This document shows positions 28,036-32,000 of a stretch of 32,000 nucleotides of DNA, one piece after another. Each line of letters begins with the position of its first letter. Within the stretch, counting starts at the first letter, position 1. Made by a program: the position numbers and the translations under genes. Below the pieces are notes generated by a model that saw only the letters and a program-made list of their open reading frames with translations, had not been told where the DNA came from and searched no databases. The stretch is from Candidatus Kuenenia stuttgartensis (lineage in GTDB: Bacteria; Planctomycetota; Brocadiia; Brocadiales; Brocadiaceae): assembly GCF_900232105.1 (NCBI RefSeq), contig NZ_LT934425.1, positions 480,001 through 512,000 of the forward strand, given 5' to 3'.

Positions 28036-28871
28036 GAAAAAATCTTTCCCAAAGTGTTTTTTAATTCATCTAAAACCCGGTCACTATCTGGTAACTCTCT
28101 CAAATGGCTACCTAAAGATGGTTTCCAATTTTCTTTTACTTGTTCCACCCCATGAAAAAAAGAATCAATTCTCTTGAATTCAATTTCTTTGAGTTTGCAT
28201 TTCTTTTCAAAAAGTAATGCAATTTCCTTAAATCTTAAACTCTCTGAACAAAAAATGGACAAATACCACAGGTCGTAATAATCGCGGGGCCATCCCCGCT
28301 GCAAAATGGTACGAAGCTTTTCCGCATATATCTCTTCGATACTATAACTTTGAATTTTTGCCGTGATATCTTTTGAATCAGAGTATAAATGGAAAATATT
28401 CTTTGAAACTGGAGGGGACAATATTGGTTCTCTTAGTGAAATATCGATCTTAATAGATGTCCTCCATCTTTCAGGAGGAACTATCTTGTCCCTATGTTTA
28501 GCTCCCCAAAAAGGGATTTTGAATTCATATCCCATTAACCGATCATTAGATTGCATATTTTTAATCTGAATAGGCCCAAATAAAATTCCTGCATTTTGGT
28601 AAATTATGTCATGTATTATCTCAAGTTCTTTTTTTATTTTTTCTCGCTCAACCTCTATTAGGCCAGAAAAATCAAGGTCTTCAGAAAATCGGAAATGTTT
28701 GAAATAAAGCTTGCGCAGGCAAGTTCCACCTTTAAAACGAAAGCACTCTTTAAAAAGACTGCGATTGTATAGCCCATTAAGATAGTGCCCAAGCACCCAG
28801 TCTTTATCTACTGTTTCTATAGGAACTCCCCATTCTACTGATTTTTTACTTAACTCCCTAAAAGGAATCAT
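28032..28871 (-). CDS. abiEii: AbiEii-family nucleotidyltransferase toxin
   Basis: DKDWVLGHYLNGLYNRSLFKECFRFKGGTCLRKLYFKHFRFSEDLDFSG, characteristic GG(T/S)..LRK...RFSEDLDF motif; directly downstream of abiEi. Confidence 0.93.
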   Translation of the reverse strand: MIPFRELSKKSVEWGVPIETVDKDWVLGHYLNGLYNRSLFKECFRFKGGTCLRKLYFKHFRFSEDLDFSGLIEVEREKIKKELEIIHDIIYQNAGILFGPIQIKNMQSNDRLMGYEFKIPFWGAKHRDKIVPPERWRTSIKIDISLREPILSPPVSKNIFHLYSDSKDITAKIQSYSIEEIYAEKLRTILQRGWPRDYYDLWYLSIFCSESLRFKEIALLFEKKCKLKEIEFKRIDSFFHGVEQVKENWKPSLGSHLRELPDSDRVLDELKNTLGKIFS

Positions 28872-29668
28872 TATAAAGCAGTCCTTGCCATAGCATATAT
28901 CTCTGATTCTGTATGATTAACGATCAATCGCCACTTTTTCAGATGTTTACCCTCAGCCGAAGACAGAGGGTCGAGTAACGTATACTTAGGCAATAGAACC
29001 TGCGCAGCATTTGCCCGAAAATCTTCGAACCCTTTTAATTCTAATATTTCTGATAAATAGCCTAACCGCTTGATAAGTGTATTGTTCTCCATTTTTAACG
29101 CATGGTGCCATAATTTTCCCTTATCTAATCTTTCGTGCGATATAAAGAGACCTTTGACAGCCTCTGTAAAACCCCCAGCATATTCTGGTAAATCGAAACA
29201 ATCAACAATGGTCTTTTCCATATCAGTGATAAAATAAAAATCCCGACCAACCCATTCTTTTCTAATTCCAAAAAATTTATGCGGGCTTATAGTTATGAAT
29301 TGGTACCGAACATTGAGTATTTCCTTATTCTGCTTTCTCTTGCTCGTTTGAATATGAACAATGTTAGAAATTTGTTCTGTTAGCCCATAATAATTCAACG
29401 CTGAAGAATATGCTATCGCCGATGGTTCTATTAGTCTTGTCCCGATTAAGAACGAATCTACATCCCTATTGGAAAGGATATACTTTCCACGCTCTACCTG
29501 AGTAATCAATCCCTTTCGTTTAAGGTTCATTAACAGAGTTGTGCAATTCTTAAATAACCTAAAGGCTTTTATTTCTTTTGTTGAGAAAATAATGTTTCCT
29601 TTTTCAGAAAGGAAATTAAACAAATTTTTTTCTTCTACTGATATCCCTTGGGTATAAACACGTCTCAT
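28871..29668 (-). CDS. abiEi: AbiEi-family antitoxin / autorepressor
   Basis: N-terminal wHTH-like region, GTRLIEPSAIAYSSALNYYGLTEQISNIVHIQTSKRK, TDMEKTIVDCFDLPEYAGGFTEAVKGL; overlaps abiEii by 1 nt. Confidence 0.9.
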   Translation of the reverse strand: MRRVYTQGISVEEKNLFNFLSEKGNIIFSTKEIKAFRLFKNCTTLLMNLKRKGLITQVERGKYILSNRDVDSFLIGTRLIEPSAIAYSSALNYYGLTEQISNIVHIQTSKRKQNKEILNVRYQFITISPHKFFGIRKEWVGRDFYFITDMEKTIVDCFDLPEYAGGFTEAVKGLFISHERLDKGKLWHHALKMENNTLIKRLGYLSEILELKGFEDFRANAAQVLLPKYTLLDPLSSAEGKHLKKWRLIVNHTESEIYAMARTAL

Positions 29669-29694
29669 AAGTTACCTTTTATGTAAACATTCCA

Positions 29695-29741
29695 TTGACA
29701 AAAACATAATTTAAATTACACAAAAGGGTATATTTTGTCAA
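29695..29741 (-). promoter_or_regulatory. Candidate promoter/operator of the abiEi-abiEii-cas3-cas8-cas7-cas5 transcription unit
   Basis: Minus strand reads TTGACA-17 nt-TAATTT (29741 to 29713). Perfect 9-bp inverted repeat TTGACAAAA (29695-29703) / TTTTGTCAA (29733-29741). abiEi ATG about 40 nt downstream. Confidence 0.55.
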
Positions 29742-29848
29742 ACCGCCCTCTTTCTTGTCAACTCTTTTTTTGCGCCATCCACCCACGGATTTCCTGTCCA
29801 ATTGAATAATGGAACGATTATCTCCAATAAAAATAAACGTTCAAACAG

Positions 29849-30023
29849 ATAAAACCGTTTAAGCAGTTCAAGCCGATTAAGCCGTTCAAGCAGAAAAAGC
29901 AGTTCAAACTGTTTAAACCGAGGAAACCGTTCAAGCCGAGTAAACCGTTCAAGCCGTTCAAGCTGAAAAAGCGGTTTAAGCCGTTTGAACGGTTTAAACT
30001 GATTAAGCGAATTAAACTGCTGA
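29849..30023. repeat. Degenerate 9-bp-period repeat cluster between the four-helix-bundle gene and abiEi
   Basis: ACGTTCAAACAG...CCGTTTAAGCAGTTCAAGCCGATTAAGCCGTTCAAGCAG...CGGTTTAAGCCGTTTGAACGGTTTAAACTG. Confidence 0.85.
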
Positions 30024-30467
30024 ATCCTTTTTTGTATTCATTTTATTCATGATTTCATCCAGTGTCTCTTTCACACTCTTTCTCTTCGGCATCTTGTACT
30101 TGGATCCTTTGTACCTGCTGCCTTTCAGGTGATTCATGAAGTTGTTAATCATTATTGAGATACGCTTGCATTGTTCAATGAGGGGTTTTAATTCATTCTG
30201 GTCAATATAGTTCTGATCTCCTGCTATATACAACTGGCATCGTACCTCACCACAAGAACCTTTAGCAATTGATAAAAACTGTATGAATTCCTGGTTGCCG
30301 CCCCTTTCATAGCCTTCGGCTATGTTAGACATGATGGAGACAGATGCACGCCGGATCTGGTCTCTGAGGCCGTAGTCTTTTGAGAAGGTACCGTCTTTTG
30401 TAATCCCGTAAATCTTGTTTGTTAGTTCTCTTGCTGACTTCCAAACTTCAAGGTCTTCGAAGTACAT
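30012..30467 (-). CDS. Four-helix-bundle protein (23S rRNA-intervening-sequence / S23 family)
   Basis: MYFEDLEVWKSARELTNKIY...DYGLRDQIRRASVSIMSNIAEGYERGGNQEFIQFLSIAKGSCGEVRCQLYIA. Confidence 0.92.
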   Translation of the reverse strand: MYFEDLEVWKSARELTNKIYGITKDGTFSKDYGLRDQIRRASVSIMSNIAEGYERGGNQEFIQFLSIAKGSCGEVRCQLYIAGDQNYIDQNELKPLIEQCKRISIMINNFMNHLKGSRYKGSKYKMPKRKSVKETLDEIMNKMNTKKDSAV

Positions 30468-30485
30468 GTCTGCCTCCTTTTAGAA

Positions 30486-30610
30486 AATTAAGCCGGTTAA
30501 AAATGGTTTAAGCAGTTTAAGCAGTTTAAACCGCTTAGACCGTTCAATCCGATTAAACAGTTTGAGCTGTTCAAGCTGTTTGAATGGTTTCCACAGTTTG
30601 AACCACTTCC
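30486..30610. repeat. 9-bp-period repeat cluster at the cas6 3' end
   Basis: AAGCCGGTTAAAAATGGTTTAAGCAGTTTAAGCAGTTTAAACCGCTTAGACCGTTCAATCCGATTAAACAG... continuing into the cas6 stop region (QTVETIQTA tail). Confidence 0.75.
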
Positions 30611-31614
30611 ACATACCCACACCCCATGCTATTATTTTGCCCAAAGCCGCATTCCAGACCGATCCTGATTAATTCTTTTGGGCCGGTTACGGTAAAGGGC
30701 TGTAATGTCCCTTTTATATGGATGGGATTCACACTGCCGTCCAATCCCTTCTTGAAGACGGTAAACTGTTTCACAGACTTCCCTTTTGTTTCAAGAAAAC
30801 AAAATTTCAGAGTTTCTCCCTGATACGGTTTACCAAAGAGGGTCTCGTACTTATGCATAAGGTTTTGATTCAAGAGTTCTTCGTATCCGTTATCACCCGG
30901 GAACAAATAAATATCCTGCTGACCCGGAGGCATGGGTTTTTTAATGAAGAGGGGAGATTCTAAGGGTTTTAATGATAAACCGTTTAAACCGTTTAAGCCG
31001 TTTAAGCCGTTTAAGCCGTTTAAGCCGTTTAAGCCGTTTAAGCCGTTTGAACTGTTTACGCTGTTTGAACTGCTTGAACCCGTTGTTGTCTCCAACGGAT
31101 CCGTCAGGGTTTCTACCCGACATACGCTGAATGTTTGTTTGCCAAGCCGCACCTCCTGGCCCTCTCCGAATATACCCTCTATCAAGTGTTGAATGAATTT
31201 ATCTACGGGTGATGCAATCTGAAAGGAAAGGGTGAAGGGGGAAAGATGAGAGGATTTAAAGGAGAAACCGTTTAAGCCGTTCAAGCCGAGAAAACGGTTT
31301 AAACCGTTTAAACCGTTTAAGCGGTTTGAACGGATGATTTTGATAGGACAGTAGAATGATATACCTGAAAAGACAAAGAGCTTAAACCGCTTGTCTTTTT
31401 TATAGGCGAAGCCCTGCTGATGAAGCCATTGGGCATAGTCAGGGTTTGACATGGACAGGAAACTATAGATGATGGCCTGTATCTGGTGTTGATAGTTGAA
31501 GTCGATGATGCCGGATTTATCTGCCGTGAAGGTTATTTTTATCCTCATAATTAATGACACCAAAACTTGCTCTTGGCTTGTATAGAGATTACAGGAAATA
31601 GACAGGAAAATCAT
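30571..31614 (-). CDS. cas6: CRISPR repeat endoribonuclease Cas6 with two in-frame NGL-repeat insertions
   Basis: MRIKITFTADKSGIIDFNYQHQIQAIIYSFLSMSNPDYAQWLHQQGF...KLFVFSGI at N-terminus; C-terminal GLECGFGQNNSMGCGYVEVV glycine-rich motif. Confidence 0.9.
   Translation of the reverse strand: MIFLSISCNLYTSQEQVLVSLIMRIKITFTADKSGIIDFNYQHQIQAIIYSFLSMSNPDYAQWLHQQGFAYKKDKRFKLFVFSGISFYCPIKIIRSNRLNGLNGLNRFLGLNGLNGFSFKSSHLSPFTLSFQIASPVDKFIQHLIEGIFGEGQEVRLGKQTFSVCRVETLTDPLETTTGSSSSNSVNSSNGLNGLNGLNGLNGLNGLNGLNGLSLKPLESPLFIKKPMPPGQQDIYLFPGDNGYEELLNQNLMHKYETLFGKPYQGETLKFCFLETKGKSVKQFTVFKKGLDGSVNPIHIKGTLQPFTVTGPKELIRIGLECGFGQNNSMGCGYVEVVQTVETIQTA
30976..31080. repeat. 9-bp tandem repeat inside cas6 coding sequence, encodes SSNGLNGLNGLNGLNGLNGLNGL
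   Basis: Consecutive CGTTTAAGC units at about 31000-31050, in frame with cas6. Confidence 0.93.
31264..31336. repeat. Second 9-bp repeat cluster inside cas6, encodes NRLNGLNGLNRFLGLNGLNGFS
   Basis: AAACCGTTTAAGCCGTTCAAGCCGAGAAAACGGTTTAAACCGTTTAAACCGTTTAAGCGG. Confidence 0.9.
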
Positions 31615-31900
31615 TTTTCAAGGGTAGCTGGCTAAGTATAATAGCACTTTACAGGAACAAATCAATACAAAATCATGTTGCTACGTCTTAGAATAAATGC
31701 TCCAAAAATGCCCAATTAGTCTCAGAATATTTGAGTCTAATACCCAGCAAATGATTTGAAAAATCTTACCCAGCTACCCCGCCTTTTTTTTATCCTGCGT
31801 AAGTATTTCACTTGATTTTTTGTTCACGTTAAGAAAAATACATCGTTTACCCCGTTAGAAAGAAGTTCCGTCCGTAAGGCGGAGTAAAGCCTCATTAAAT

Positions 31901-31932
31901 AGTTTGGAAGGGGTTAAAACCACTTCCAAACT
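31901..31932. repeat. Strong hairpin upstream of cas6
   Basis: AGTTTGGAAGgGGTT-AA-AACCaCTTCCAAACT: 15-bp arms with one mismatch. Confidence 0.65.
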
Positions 31933-32000
31933 TCCTAACGGCGGTTTACTTCCCAGTTCCCCGTTTTCACGAGGACAAGTTTTGTAAGATTTTTCCGGAA

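Noticed and set aside
30012-30467. Considered a diversity-generating retroelement or retron accessory protein because of the Avd-like four-helix fold
   Set aside because: No reverse transcriptase, template repeat/variable repeat pair or msr/msd-like structure was seen in the window.
30932-31192. ORF with KPFKPFKPF repeats
   Set aside because: Antisense translation of the 9-bp repeat inside cas6.
18767-31614. Considered a hybrid type III locus because the repeat ends in ATTGAAAC
   Set aside because: No Cas10/Palm-domain, Csm or Cmr proteins; cas3, cas8, cas7, cas5 and cas6 support type I.

Overview
This window holds a minus-strand type I CRISPR-Cas locus: cas6, then cas3-cas8-cas7-cas5, then cas4-cas1-cas2. 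Its single ancestral CRISPR array (29-bp repeat; 51 full-length repeats counted by eye) is split into four blocks by three insertion sequences. Two of the IS sit exactly inside spacers: removing the IS and one target-site duplication restores spacers of 35 and 37 nt. The third (IS1634-like) has no matching flanks, which suggests IS-mediated deletion. The cas operon is interleaved with protein toxin-antitoxin genes: AbiEi/AbiEii sits immediately upstream of and overlaps cas3, and an AbrB-type/Doc pair lies between cas5 and cas4. A four-helix-bundle (S23-like) gene lies between cas6 and abiEi. A 9-bp-period repeat family related to CCGTTTAAG occurs between cas genes and in frame inside cas6 (encoding NGL repeats), and possibly inside cas8. 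Left of the array are the 3' part of a TldD/PmbA gene, two membrane glycosyltransferase-like proteins with C-terminal PA14 domains, a family-2 glycosyltransferase, and GspF- and GspC-like genes. That region also carries 7-bp-period intergenic repeats and two copies of a 73-bp palindromic MITE/REP-like element. The ISAs1-family element carries an N-terminal domain resembling DruA/DUF4338 of the Druantia defence system. All family calls come from reading motifs by eye; no database search was run.
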